Origin: an uncultured Gemmatimonadales bacterium
GTDB lineage: Bacteria > Gemmatimonadota > Gemmatimonadetes > Longimicrobiales > RSA9
NCBI GenBank assembly: GCA_963798845.1
Contig: CAWCUS010000002.1
Location: 352,001 to 416,000, forward strand
Length of the DNA stretch: 64,000 bases
Direction: 5' to 3'
Shown here: piece after piece, positions 48,401-60,153 of the stretch
Position numbering within the stretch: the stretch's first letter is position 1
Layout: every line of letters begins with the position of its first letter
Notes under the pieces: generated by a model
Database searches by the model: none
Seen by the model: only the letters and a program-made list of their open reading frames with translations
What the model was told of the DNA's origin: nothing
Program-made: the position numbers and the translations under genes

Positions 48401-49365
48401 CAGCTCTCGGAAAGAATTCTCGCAAGGTCGCGGGCGTCGATGTTGCCCCCGCTGATCACCACCGCGGCCGGCCCGCGGATTTCCAGCACGCCTGCCATCA
48501 GCGCCGCCACGCCGACGACGCCGGAGCCTTCCGCCACCACTCCTTCATGGTCGTAAAGCGCCCGGATGGCCGGCGCGATCCGGTCCTCCGGAACCAGGTG
48601 AATGCCGTTCACCACGGGACGGGCACGCTCGTAGCTCTCCTCCTCCACTTCACCGGCCAGGCCATCGCACAGCGTGTCCCGCCACGGCGTGGGCACGACG
48701 CGGCCCGCCTCGAATGCGGCGTGCATTGCGCAGGTGTGCTCCGATTGCACGCCCAGCACCCGGGTCCCCGCGCCGGTGAGCGCGCGGCAGGCGATGCCCA
48801 CCCCCGCCGCCAGTCCGCCGCCGCCCACAGGGACGAGCACGTCCCGGACCGCTGGCTGTGCTTCGATGATCTCCAGACCCACCGTCCCCTGGCCCGCCAC
48901 CACGTCCGGATCGGAAAAGCCGTGAACCATGTGCGCCCCTGTTTCGCTCGCCATCTCGGCGGCGACCACGGCCGCATCGTCGTACGTGCCCGCAACCTCA
49001 CGCAGCGCAGCCCCGAACGCGACGATCCGGCGCTTCTTGGTTTCCGGCGCCGAGGCCGGGACCACGACGGTAGCCGTGGCGCCGAAGAGGCTCGCGGCCA
49101 GCGCCAGCGCCTGCCCGTGGTTGCCCGCCGAGGCGGCGATCAGGCCGCTGCGGCGGGCTTCCTCGCCGAGCGCTGCGACTGCGTTGTACGCGCCACGCAG
49201 CTTGAACGAGCCGGTCCGCTGCCAGCACTCGAGCTTCAGGAAGACCTCGTGACCCGTCAACTCGCTGAGCCATGGGGAGAGCTGGAGCGGCGTCTCTCGC
49301 ACGATGCCGGCGAGCCGCGAGCGGGCTTCGACCAGCGCCTGTGCGTTCGGAAGACCCGGACGCAC
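48400..49365 (-). CDS. PLP-dependent threonine/serine dehydratase (no ACT domain)
   Basis: K.E..Q.TGSFKLRG, SAGNHG, GQGTVG.E, PVGGGGL and SGGN. 321 aa. Confidence 0.9.
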   Translation of the reverse strand: MRPGLPNAQALVEARSRLAGIVRETPLQLSPWLSELTGHEVFLKLECWQRTGSFKLRGAYNAVAALGEEARRSGLIAASAGNHGQALALAASLFGATATVVVPASAPETKKRRIVAFGAALREVAGTYDDAAVVAAEMASETGAHMVHGFSDPDVVAGQGTVGLEIIEAQPAVRDVLVPVGGGGLAAGVGIACRALTGAGTRVLGVQSEHTCAMHAAFEAGRVVPTPWRDTLCDGLAGEVEEESYERARPVVNGIHLVPEDRIAPAIRALYDHEGVVAEGSGVVGVAALMAGVLEIRGPAAVVISGGNIDARDLARILSES

Positions 49366-50696
49366 TACGCTCCGTTCCCGCGCTCCGCGCGGGGCGATCG
49401 CGTCGACCGGCTCTCGTCGTCCCGATTCTGAGCTGCGCGCCCCCCCGCCTCCTCGCCGGCCGCCGCTTCGGCGGAGGGGGCGAGGCGCGTGATGCGGGCA
49501 CGCATGACCTGCGTGTCGGACGCGTCCAGGACCTCGATCTCGAGCCCCTGCCGCCGGAGCTTCTCCTTGGGCTGCGGCACGCGCCCGAGCTCCTCCATCA
49601 GGTAGCCGTTGAGCGACCGGTGCTCGAGCAGGGGGAGGGCGGCGTTGAAGAGGTGGTTGATCTCGCGCAGCTCGGTGTCGCCCTCGGCGATGATCTCGTT
49701 GCGGGAGATCCGTACGATCGAGACCTCGGTCACGTCCGTCTCGTCCTCGATCTCCCCCACCAGCTCCTCGATCACGTCCTCCAGCGTCACCAGCCCGTCG
49801 ATCCCGCCGTACTCGTCCACCACCAGTGCCAGGTGGATGCGGCGGTTCTGGAAGTCGCGCAGCAGCCGGGTGAGCGGAAGCGAGCCAGGGACGACCAGCG
49901 GCTGCCGGGCCAGGCTGCGCAGCGGCGTCTGGCTCTGCCCCGCTACCAGCGCCTGGTACGCGTCGCGCAGGTAGAGCACGCCGGTCACGTCGTCGATGGA
50001 CTCGTCGTAGACGGGAACGCGGGAGAAAGGCACGCTCCCTACCTGCGGCACGATCTCCTCCAGCGTAAGGGAGTCCGGCCAGGCGAATATGTCGACGCGC
50101 GGCGTCATGACGTCCCACACGTGCGTGTCCTCGAGGCGGAACGCCCGCTCGATGATCTGGCCTTCGTGCTCGTCGATCGCTCCTTCGCTCCGTCCAAGCG
50201 CCGTCAGCTGGCGCAGCTCCGTCTCGGTGATCTCGGTCACCGACGTGAGACGGGGCTCGGGCAGCGACGCGGTCATGCGCTCGAGCGGGTACAGGATCGG
50301 GCGCAGGATTCGGCTCAGCGCCAGCATCATGGGGGCGATCGCCACCGCGAAGCGGACCCCCCGATCCGGCAGGATCCGGCGCGGCCACAGCTCCCCGACC
50401 GCCACGAGCAGGACCGACGCCACCACGATCCCGATCACGCCCCCCCAGACGGGGAGGAGGAGGTGCCCGATCCGGAACGCGGCGGCGCCGGCCACCACGG
50501 CCGCCATCCCGTCGCCAAAGCGGAGCAGGACGAGGAGGGCGCGTGGCCGCGCGCGTATGCGCGCCAGGGCGCCCGTCCCGCCCTCGACGAGGGTGCGGAT
50601 GCGCGCATCGCCGAAAGAGAAGAGGGCGACCTCGGCGGCCGTGAGGAACGCGGAGATGGCCAGGGAAAGCAGCAGGGCGACGACGAGGCCGATCAT
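49365..50696 (-). CDS. Hemolysin/CNNM family protein (DUF21-CBS-CorC)
   Basis: SAF..AAEVALFS, GE..P, VMTPR, SRVPVY and VVDEYGG..GLVT.ED..EE.VGEI.DE. Confidence 0.9.
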   Translation of the reverse strand: MIGLVVALLLSLAISAFLTAAEVALFSFGDARIRTLVEGGTGALARIRARPRALLVLLRFGDGMAAVVAGAAAFRIGHLLLPVWGGVIGIVVASVLLVAVGELWPRRILPDRGVRFAVAIAPMMLALSRILRPILYPLERMTASLPEPRLTSVTEITETELRQLTALGRSEGAIDEHEGQIIERAFRLEDTHVWDVMTPRVDIFAWPDSLTLEEIVPQVGSVPFSRVPVYDESIDDVTGVLYLRDAYQALVAGQSQTPLRSLARQPLVVPGSLPLTRLLRDFQNRRIHLALVVDEYGGIDGLVTLEDVIEELVGEIEDETDVTEVSIVRISRNEIIAEGDTELREINHLFNAALPLLEHRSLNGYLMEELGRVPQPKEKLRRQGLEIEVLDASDTQVMRARITRLAPSAEAAAGEEAGGRAAQNRDDESRSTRSPRAERGNGA

Positions 50697-50745
50697 GCGG
50701 CCCGCCTTCGGTGGGGAGGCTCCTCTGCCTTTCGACTACTTCGGT

Positions 50746-51780
<1,035 letters not shown>

Positions 51781-51784
51781 CGGT

Positions 51785-52225
51785 TCACGGCAGCTCGAAC
51801 CCGGTCTGCTGCTCCAGCCGCGAATCCTCCGCGGTCAGCCAGCCGCGCGCCTGGAAGGCCCCCGCGTGATCGCCGGGGTCCCACTCGGCGTCCATGTCCC
51901 AGGTGTCACCGGGCGAGAGCGTGTCATGGGAGATCGCCTGCAGGAACGCCATGTCGCTCGACCACTGCCACACCTGCTCACCCGCCTGCGCCGTCACGGC
52001 GAAGTCGTAGCGCTGCGACGTCGGGAACGTGAACGAGACGGGCTCCCGCCCTCCGTTCGTCACGTGCAACAGCAGGTGAACCCGGTCTGGACGCACCTCC
52101 ACCTCCATCGACACTGCCAGATCGCCCACCCCGGCCCCACCTTCCGTTCCCGATACCGGCGCCTCCCGGGGAGCGCCGCAGGCGAGCACAAAAACGCTTA
52201 CGGCCAGTGCGGGAAAAGCTCGCAT
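51785..52225 (-). CDS. Lipoprotein with BsuPI (intracellular proteinase inhibitor-like) domain
   Basis: GGAGG RBS, lipobox VLA|C, N...PV.F.F.TSQRYDF...VW.WS..MAF.Q...L.PG...W pattern. Confidence 0.75.
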   Translation of the reverse strand: MRAFPALAVSVFVLACGAPREAPVSGTEGGAGVGDLAVSMEVEVRPDRVHLLLHVTNGGREPVSFTFPTSQRYDFAVTAQAGEQVWQWSSDMAFLQAISHDTLSPGDTWDMDAEWDPGDHAGAFQARGWLTAEDSRLEQQTGFELP

Positions 52226-52272
52226 CGCTTCCTCCGTCAGCTTCATGACGGTTTGCAGAGAGCGCACGGGAG

Positions 52273-52288
52273 TGCAAGATAGAGACCG
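52273..52288 (-). promoter_or_regulatory. Candidate sigma54 promoter of the BsuPI-moxR operon
   Basis: CGGTCTCTATCTTGCA, GG-N10-GC with TTGCA, about 48 bp before the ATG. Confidence 0.55.
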
Positions 52289-52335
52289 CGCGCGAAGCGG
52301 GTCAAACTGGTCGGCGCCGGGGGCTGCGGCAGCGC

Positions 52336-52364
52336 TTGCGCTTTTTTTCACAAAGCCGTAGCTT
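52336..52364 (+). promoter_or_regulatory. sigma70 promoter of the atp operon
   Basis: TTGCGC-N17-TAGCTT, 35 bp before the first atp gene. Confidence 0.6.
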
Positions 52365-52399
52365 CGCGTTCGGCACGACCCGGAGAAGGGGCGGCAGCC

Positions 52400-52666
52400 G
52401 TGGCGGATGGTCGTGGGCGGGGTTCGGAAGGCCAATCGTCGTCGACCGGCGTTGGCGAGTATCTGGGCTATGGCCTGACGTGGGTTGCGAGCACGCTGCT
52501 GTTCCTGTGGCTCGGCACCAAGGCCGATGACTGGCTGCACACTGAACCCTGGCTCGCGCTCCTTGGCGCATTCGTGGGAGCGGGGGCGGGGTTCTACCAC
52601 ATGTACCATCACCTGATCGAGCAGCCTGGGCAACGGGGTCCGGACGAGAAGCGAGGCGAGGATTGA
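52400..52666 (+). CDS. atpZ: AtpZ/AtpI family protein
   Basis: G...D.WL.T.PW..L.G...G pattern, first gene of the atp operon. Confidence 0.8.
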   Translation: MADGRGRGSEGQSSSTGVGEYLGYGLTWVASTLLFLWLGTKADDWLHTEPWLALLGAFVGAGAGFYHMYHHLIEQPGQRGPDEKRGED

Positions 52667-53022
52667 TGGTGAGCTGGCTCGCCTACGCGGCAGGGAGCGC
52701 TGTTTTGCTGGTGGGTCTGGTCGTGGTGGAGCTCGCGGTGGTGGGAAGTGCGGATCCGAGCGCGGTGTGGCTGGCGGCGGTGGTTGCGTGGTCGGTCCAG
52801 CTGGGCGCCTACGCGGCGCTCCTCGCGGGCCGCCGGCGTGGGGCGGGGTTCGTGGTGGGGTGGGCCTCGGGGATGCTGGTGCGCTTTGCCGCGGTGGGTG
52901 CCGTCGCGCTGTGGGTGACGCGGAAGCCGGAGCTGGATGCGGCGTCGGCGCTGTTGAGCCTGGTGGCGTTCATGATGGTGCTGGTACTGCTGGAGCCGCT
53001 TTTTCTGCGACTTGCTGACTGA
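52666..53022 (+). CDS. atpI: ATP synthase protein I-like membrane protein
   Basis: Four TM segments with an RF motif, between atpZ and atpB. Confidence 0.65.
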   Translation: MVSWLAYAAGSAVLLVGLVVVELAVVGSADPSAVWLAAVVAWSVQLGAYAALLAGRRRGAGFVVGWASGMLVRFAAVGAVALWVTRKPELDAASALLSLVAFMMVLVLLEPLFLRLAD

Positions 53023-53919
53023 ATGGTGGGCATGATTCAACCGTTGCTGCAGGCCGCCGCCCAGGAAGCCCGGGGCGAGTTCGACATCCAGGAGATGATC
53101 CTGCACCACCTGGCGGACTCGCCGGTGTGGGAAGTGGGACCGTGGACCATTCGACTGCCGCAGTTCGAGCCCGTCCACCTGGGACCGCTCGTGATGGATA
53201 TCTCCATCACGAAGCACGTCCTCTTCATGATGATGGCGGCGGTCCTGGTGGCGCTGACGCTGATTCCGGCCGCGAAGCGGGCGAAGCGCGAGCATGAGGC
53301 GGGCGCGGAGCGGGGGCCGAAGGGGCACCACAACGTGGTGGAGGTCTTCATTCTCTTCCTTCGCGACGAAGTGGCCAAGCCGAACCTGGGGCCCCACGGC
53401 GAGGCGTTCTACCCGTACATCATCTCCGTCTTCTTCTTCATCCTCTTCTGCAATCTGCTCGGCCTGCTGCCGTGGGGTGCGTCGCCCACGGGGAACATCT
53501 CGGTCACGGCGGCTCTGGCCACTGTCACTTTCCTGACCGTCGAAGTGAGCGGGATGCGGCAGCTGGGGCTGCGGAAGTGGCTGAACACGATCTTCTACGC
53601 CCCGGCCGGGATGCGGGGCGTGGGGAAGTACCTGATGGTGGTGATCATGACCCCGGTGGAGTTCCTGGGGAAGCTCACCAAGCCATTCGCGCTGGCGATC
53701 CGGCTGTACGCGAACATGACCGCGGGTCACGCCGTCGTGCTCGCGCTCACCGGGCTCGCGGTGATGGCCGTGGGAGCGAGCGCGATCTGGGTAGTGCCGG
53801 CGCCCGTGGTCATGGCCGTGGCGATCATGCTCCTGGAGATCTTCGTCGGATTCCTCCAGGCGTACATCTTCGCCATGCTGAGCGCCGTGTTCATCGGGCT
53901 GATCCGCCACGCGCACTAG
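53023..53919 (+). CDS. atpB: ATP synthase Fo subunit a
   Basis: NLLGLLP, KPFALAIRLYANMTAGH and LQAYIF. Start at 53023 or 53032. Confidence 0.96.
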   Translation: MVGMIQPLLQAAAQEARGEFDIQEMILHHLADSPVWEVGPWTIRLPQFEPVHLGPLVMDISITKHVLFMMMAAVLVALTLIPAAKRAKREHEAGAERGPKGHHNVVEVFILFLRDEVAKPNLGPHGEAFYPYIISVFFFILFCNLLGLLPWGASPTGNISVTAALATVTFLTVEVSGMRQLGLRKWLNTIFYAPAGMRGVGKYLMVVIMTPVEFLGKLTKPFALAIRLYANMTAGHAVVLALTGLAVMAVGASAIWVVPAPVVMAVAIMLLEIFVGFLQAYIFAMLSAVFIGLIRHAH

Positions 53920-53942
53920 GCCCGGTGGCGGGTCGCGCGGGG

Positions 53943-54010
53943 CAGCAGTCAGCAGTCAGCAGGCAGCAGGCAGCAGGGAGCAGGGAGCAGGAGCAGGCAG
54001 CAGGAGCAGG
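53943..54010. repeat. Heptanucleotide tandem repeat, about 10 units of (C/G)AGCAG(T/G)
   Basis: cagcagt x2, cagcagg x3, gagcagg x2, agcagg, cagcagg, agcagg. Confidence 0.9.
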
Positions 54011-54014
54011 TGGG

Positions 54015-54173
54015 CGACCGCGTCCGTCGGAAGTGACGCGGCTTCGGGAGGCCAGCGCTCCAGCGCCCCCGTCGTAAGGTGGCCGGCAGGGTGCCGGTCG
54101 AGAGCCGCGGGGCCGAGGGCCCGCGAAGCGGTGGCGGCCGGCGGGGGCGTCCGGGGGACGTCCGGCACGGTCG
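54015..54173 (+). ncRNA. Candidate structured cis-RNA upstream of atpE
   Basis: 12-bp stem 54063-54074/54139-54150 enclosing hairpins at 54081-54099 and about 54107-54124, plus a further hairpin at 54018-54041. Folded by eye only. Confidence 0.35.
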
Positions 54174-54218
54174 AGGAGCGGAAATGAAAGACCCCCGATC
54201 AACTGAACGGAGACAGGG

Positions 54219-54494
54219 ATGTTCCACTTTCTTGCGGCGCTTCAGGAAGGCCTCGCGGCCGGCGGGATGACCGGCGAGGTGACCGGCTACCTGGCCAATT
54301 TCGGCAAGGCGGTCGGCGCCGGTATCACGGTGGTGGGCGCGGGCGTGGGGATCGGCTGGATCGGCAGCGGCATGACCGCCGGGATGGCGCGTCAGCCGGA
54401 GATCGCGGCCAACATCCAGACGGCATCGATCATTCTGGCGGCACTGATCGAAGGTGTCGCGCTGTTCTCGCTGGTGATCGCGTTCCTGATCTGA
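54219..54494 (+). CDS. atpE: ATP synthase Fo subunit c
   Basis: GxGxG motif, ARQPE loop and LIEG. It lacks the Na+-type Q/ES(T) signature, so is probably H+-coupled. Confidence 0.96.
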   Translation: MFHFLAALQEGLAAGGMTGEVTGYLANFGKAVGAGITVVGAGVGIGWIGSGMTAGMARQPEIAANIQTASIILAALIEGVALFSLVIAFLI

Positions 54495-54588
54495 AATCGG
54501 CCTGCCCGCGGGTCGCCGGCCGGGTCCGGCGGCCCGACGGGAGAGGTGACGGGGACACGAACTCCGAACGCTGAACGCTGGAAACGAC

Positions 54589-55173
54589 ATGAATCTCATC
54601 TGGCTTGCGGTCCAGGGCACCGTGCACGCCGCGGAAGGGGCAGCGGAAGAAGCGCCGAACGTGTTCAACCTGAGCATGTCGACGTCGTTCTGGACGCTGA
54701 TCATCTTCTTCACGCTGCTGTTCGTGCTCTGGAAGTGGGCGTACCCGCCAATCCTCGGCTACGCGCAGGCGCGCGAAGACCGGATCCAGCAGAGCCTGGA
54801 CGAGGCGAAGGAAGCGCGGGAGGAGGCACAGGCGGCGCTCGAAGCGCAGCGGCGTGACCTGGCGAAGGCCCGCGGAGAGGCACAGCAGATCATCGCACAG
54901 GGGAAGCAGGACGCGGAGAAGGTGCGTCAGGAGCTGCTGACCCGGGCAAAGGCAGACCAGGAGGAGGTCATAGAGCGCGCCCGGCGGGAGATCGAGCGCG
55001 AGCGCGAGCAGGCGGTGGAGTCGTTGCGGCGCGAAGCCGTGGAGCTCTCCATCGCGGCGGCGGCCCATCTGCTCGGGCGGCAACTCGACGCCGAGGAGGA
55101 CCGTCGGATCGTGACCGCCTATCTGGATCGTGCACAGGCGAGCGGCGCCCCGAAGGGCGCGGGAGTGGCTTGA
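54589..55173 (+). CDS. atpF: ATP synthase Fo subunit b
   Basis: FWT.I.F..L..VL.KWA.PPI...RE..I plus a long coiled coil. Confidence 0.93.
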   Translation: MNLIWLAVQGTVHAAEGAAEEAPNVFNLSMSTSFWTLIIFFTLLFVLWKWAYPPILGYAQAREDRIQQSLDEAKEAREEAQAALEAQRRDLAKARGEAQQIIAQGKQDAEKVRQELLTRAKADQEEVIERARREIEREREQAVESLRREAVELSIAAAAHLLGRQLDAEEDRRIVTAYLDRAQASGAPKGAGVA

Positions 55174-55743
55174 GTGAGGGACACGACCATTGCCCGCAAC
55201 TACGCGGGCGCGCTCCTCGAGCTCGGGAACCGCAACTTCGCGACCGAGGAGTATGCGGCGGCGTTCCACACGCTTTCCGAGGCTCTGGGCTCGGATGCCC
55301 GCATTCGACAGTTCCTGGAGACGCCTGCGGTGGATGCGGGACCGAAGCAGGCGGTGCTCGATCGTGCGCTGCGCGGCAAGGTGCCGGAGCTGTTTCTCCG
55401 GTTCGTGCTGGTGGTGGTGGAAAAGCGGCGCCAGCGGCTGCTGCCGGAGATCGAGACGGAATACCAGGGGCTCCTGGACGAGCAGGTGGGGCGGGTTCAC
55501 GCGCAGGTCACCCTCGCGCGGACGCCGGACGCCGTGCTGGAGCGGAGGATCGGAGAAGATCTCTCCACGATGCTGGGCAAGACCGTGCTGGCCCACGTGA
55601 CCGTGAACCCGGCCATCCTCGGCGGGCTCATCGTGCGCTTCGGGGACCGGTGCATGGACGGATCGCTGCGGCGGCAGCTACTGTCGCTCAAGCGGGAGAT
55701 GATGCACGCGCACCTGCCGGGACTCCCGGCGGCGTCCGCGTAA
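55174..55743 (+). CDS. atpH: ATP synthase F1 subunit delta
   Basis: ARNYA.AL and ILGGLIV...D...DGS motifs. Confidence 0.93.
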   Translation: MRDTTIARNYAGALLELGNRNFATEEYAAAFHTLSEALGSDARIRQFLETPAVDAGPKQAVLDRALRGKVPELFLRFVLVVVEKRRQRLLPEIETEYQGLLDEQVGRVHAQVTLARTPDAVLERRIGEDLSTMLGKTVLAHVTVNPAILGGLIVRFGDRCMDGSLRRQLLSLKREMMHAHLPGLPAASA

Positions 55744-55778
55744 CTGGAGCATTCGAGAACCGGGAACGGTAGCGGGAC

Positions 55779-57371
55779 ATGGCAACCAACGAGGGTCAGC
55801 TTCGCGCGAGCGAGATCAAGAACGTACTGCTCCGGGAGATCGAGCAGTTCGGCCAGGAGCTGGAGGTCGAGGAGGTCGGCGAAGTCCTGGAGGTGAAGGA
55901 CGGCGTCGCCCGCATCTACGGGCTCACCAACGCCATGGCGAGCGAGATGCTGGAAATCACGTCGTCCGAGACCGGCGACGCCATCTCCGCGCTCGCACTG
56001 AACCTCGAAGAGGACAACATCGGCGCCGTCATCATGGGTGACTGGACGATGCTCCAGGCGGGCGACGCCGTTCGCCGGACGGGGCGCGTGCTGGACATCC
56101 CGGCCGGCGACGCCTACGTCGGCCGCGTGGTGAATCCACTGGGCGAGCCCGTGGACGGCCGGGGCGCGATCGAGACGACCGACCGTCGCCAGATCGACAT
56201 CGTGGCCCCGGGAATCGTGCTCCGGCAGCCGGTGAAAGAGCCGCTGCAGACGGGGATCAAGGCGATCGACTCCATGATCCCCATCGGTCGAGGTCAGCGC
56301 GAGCTGATCATCGGCGATCGTGGCACGGGGAAGACCGCCGTCGCCGTCGACACGATCATCAATCAGAAGGACACGGACGTCATCTGCGTCTACTGCGCAA
56401 TCGGGCAGCGGGCAGGGAAGGTGGCGAGCGTGGTCGAGACGCTGCGCTCGCACGGCGCCATGGACTACACCATCGTGGTGGCCGCCAATGCCAGCGACCC
56501 GGCGCCGCTGCAGTACATCGCCCCCTACGCGGCGTGCGCGCTCGCGGAGCACTTCATGTGGCAGGGGAAGCACACGCTGGTGATCTACGACGACCTGTCC
56601 AAGCAGGCGCAGGCGTACCGGCAGCTGTCGCTGGTGCTCCGGCGGCCGCCGGGACGCGAGGCGTACCCTGGCGACGTGTTCTACCTGCACTCGCGCCTGC
56701 TGGAGCGCGCGGCCAAGCTGTCCGACGAGCAGGGCGGAGGCTCGCTGACCGCGCTGCCGATCATCGAGACGCAGGCCGGTGACGTGTCCGCGTACATTCC
56801 GACGAACGTGATCTCCATCACGGACGGCCAGATCTTCCTGATCACCGACCTCTTCTACTCCGGCGTGCGGCCGGCGGTGGACGTGGGGATCAGCGTCTCG
56901 CGCGTGGGCGGGAACGCGCAGCCGAAAGCGATGCGGCAGGTGGCGGGCCGCCTGCGCCTCGACCTGGCGCAGTACCGTGAGCTGGAAGCGTTCGCGCAGT
57001 TCGGCTCCGACCTGGACGCGGCCACGCAGCGGCAGCTGGCGCGGGGCGAGCGCACCGTGGAGATCCTGAAGCAGTCGCAGTACGCGCCGATCGCCATGGA
57101 GCACCAGGTGATGGCGATCTACGCGGTCACCAACGGGTACCTCGACGAGGTGCCGGTGGACAAGATCCCGCGGTGGGAGGAAGGCTTCCACGCGTTCATG
57201 CGGGAGCAGCGCTCGGAGGTCGGGCAGGCGATCCGCGAGTCGAAGCTGTTGAGCGACGAGAACACCGAGCAGCTGAAGGCGGCCATCGACGAGTACAACC
57301 GGCGCTTCCTGGCGGAGCACGGCACAGGAGACGCGATGCCGGCCGTCGAAATCGGCGCGGGAACGCAGTAA
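55779..57371 (+). CDS. atpA: ATP synthase F1 subunit alpha
   Basis: [29 protein letters not shown] and SITDGQIFL motifs. Confidence 0.98.
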   Translation: MATNEGQLRASEIKNVLLREIEQFGQELEVEEVGEVLEVKDGVARIYGLTNAMASEMLEITSSETGDAISALALNLEEDNIGAVIMGDWTMLQAGDAVRRTGRVLDIPAGDAYVGRVVNPLGEPVDGRGAIETTDRRQIDIVAPGIVLRQPVKEPLQTGIKAIDSMIPIGRGQRELIIGDRGTGKTAVAVDTIINQKDTDVICVYCAIGQRAGKVASVVETLRSHGAMDYTIVVAANASDPAPLQYIAPYAACALAEHFMWQGKHTLVIYDDLSKQAQAYRQLSLVLRRPPGREAYPGDVFYLHSRLLERAAKLSDEQGGGSLTALPIIETQAGDVSAYIPTNVISITDGQIFLITDLFYSGVRPAVDVGISVSRVGGNAQPKAMRQVAGRLRLDLAQYRELEAFAQFGSDLDAATQRQLARGERTVEILKQSQYAPIAMEHQVMAIYAVTNGYLDEVPVDKIPRWEEGFHAFMREQRSEVGQAIRESKLLSDENTEQLKAAIDEYNRRFLAEHGTGDAMPAVEIGAGTQ

Positions 57372-57389
57372 CCGAGACCGAGCGAGCTC

Positions 57390-58265
57390 ATGGCGAAGAC
57401 CCGGGAAATCAAGCGCCGGCTGCGGTCGATCGAGAAGATCCGCCAGATCACGCGCACCATGGAAATGGTGGCGACGTCGAAGCTGAAGAAGCTGACGGAT
57501 CTCGTGCAGGCCGCGCGGCCGTATTCGCAGCGTCTCGAGCAGGTGATCGGTCGACTCACGGACCCCGAGCTGCGCGAGCGCTACCCGCTCCTGCGGCAGC
57601 CCGAGGAGGTGCGCCGCGCCGCGGTCATCCTGCTCACGTCGAACCGCGGTCTGGCGGGTGCGTTCAACGTGAACCTGATCCGGGAGTCGCGAGAGCTGAT
57701 GCGGCACCTGGAAGGGGACGGCGTGAACGTGGATCTCCACGTGGTGGGGAAGAAGGGGATCGGCTTCTTCCGGTTCCAGAAACGCCACATGGCGACGACC
57801 CGGACGGACATCCCGGATCGCCGGGAGCCGGAGCACGCGGCGTCGCTGGCCGACGACCTGATCTCGGCGTTCGTCACGGGGGAGCTGGACGCGCTGTACG
57901 TGGTGTACGCCCAGTTCCGGTCGGCCCTCTCGACCCCGCCGAAGGTGATGAAGGTGCTGCCGGTGGAGCCGCCAGCGCCGAAGGAGGGAGAAGGGGCGGG
58001 TTCGGCCGCCAACTACATACTCTCGCCCGGAGCGGACGAGATCCTGAACGAGCTGCTGCCGCTCTACGTGCGCAACCGGATCTACCGGGCGCTCGTCGAG
58101 ACCGCGGCGGCGGAGCAGGGGTCGCGGCGCACGGCCATGAAGAACGCCACGGACAACGCCGGCGACATGCTGGACAACCTCCGGCGGACGTTCAACCGGG
58201 CGCGCCAGGCGCAGATCACGCAGGAGATATCCGAGATTGTCGGCGGGGCCGCCGCTCTGGACTAG
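57390..58265 (+). CDS. atpG: ATP synthase F1 subunit gamma
   Basis: ITRTMEMVA, RGLAGAFN, AM.NATDNA and RQAQITQEI.EIV.G motifs. Confidence 0.97.
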   Translation: MAKTREIKRRLRSIEKIRQITRTMEMVATSKLKKLTDLVQAARPYSQRLEQVIGRLTDPELRERYPLLRQPEEVRRAAVILLTSNRGLAGAFNVNLIRESRELMRHLEGDGVNVDLHVVGKKGIGFFRFQKRHMATTRTDIPDRREPEHAASLADDLISAFVTGELDALYVVYAQFRSALSTPPKVMKVLPVEPPAPKEGEGAGSAANYILSPGADEILNELLPLYVRNRIYRALVETAAAEQGSRRTAMKNATDNAGDMLDNLRRTFNRARQAQITQEISEIVGGAAALD

Positions 58266-58326
58266 CGCGGCAGTGAGCAGGTGACAGCGGTGCACGGAGA
58301 CGGAGCGGACCGGCGAACGAGCATGA

Positions 58327-59763
<1,437 letters not shown>

Positions 59764-59764
59764 C

Positions 59765-60031
59765 GTGGCACAGCCGAAGCGGCTCGCCGTAGCGGTGATC
59801 ACCCCCAAGTCCAGCGTCTATCAGGGCGAGGCGGACATGGTGGTCGTGCCCGCGTGGGATGGCCAGCTCGGGATCCTGCGGGGCCACGCGCCCATGATGG
59901 CGCTCCTCGGAAAGGGCGAGATGCGCGTCCTGCTGGGTGGCCAGGAGCACCGGTTCCATGTGGACGGCGGCTTCCTTCAGATCGCCGACGACGCGGTGAG
60001 CGTGCTGAGCGAGAGCGCCGAAGCGAGCTGA
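59765..60031 (+). CDS. atpC: ATP synthase F1 subunit epsilon (N-terminal domain only, 88 aa)
   Basis: VITP, G.LGIL.GHAP and GGF motifs. Ends before the helical hairpin. Confidence 0.92.
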   Translation: MAQPKRLAVAVITPKSSVYQGEADMVVVPAWDGQLGILRGHAPMMALLGKGEMRVLLGGQEHRFHVDGGFLQIADDAVSVLSESAEAS

Positions 60032-60055
60032 CGTGCTGTCGCAGGCCGGTGACGG

Positions 60056-60086
60056 CGGCCGGGGGCGCGAGCGCGCTCCCGGCCGT
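60056..60086 (+). terminator. Stem-loop after the atp operon
   Basis: CGGCCGGGGGCGCG/CGCGCTCCCGGCCG stem with no strong U tract. Confidence 0.5.
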
Positions 60087-60094
60087 CCCACATC

Positions 60095-60110
60095 CGGCGC
60101 TCTTCTTGCA
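60095..60110 (+). promoter_or_regulatory. Candidate sigma54 promoter of the OMP-PHP genes
   Basis: CGGCGCTCTTCTTGCA, GG-N10-GC with TTGCA, about 44 bp before the ATG. Confidence 0.6.
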
Positions 60111-60153
60111 CGACGAAGCGCGGTCGTATCCCGAGAGTGAGACGGAGGAAGAA

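Noticed and set aside
52342..52348. T7 tract in the atp promoter spacer as a phase-variation switch
   Set aside because: The tract is short and precedes an essential operon. An A/T tract is ordinary promoter structure.
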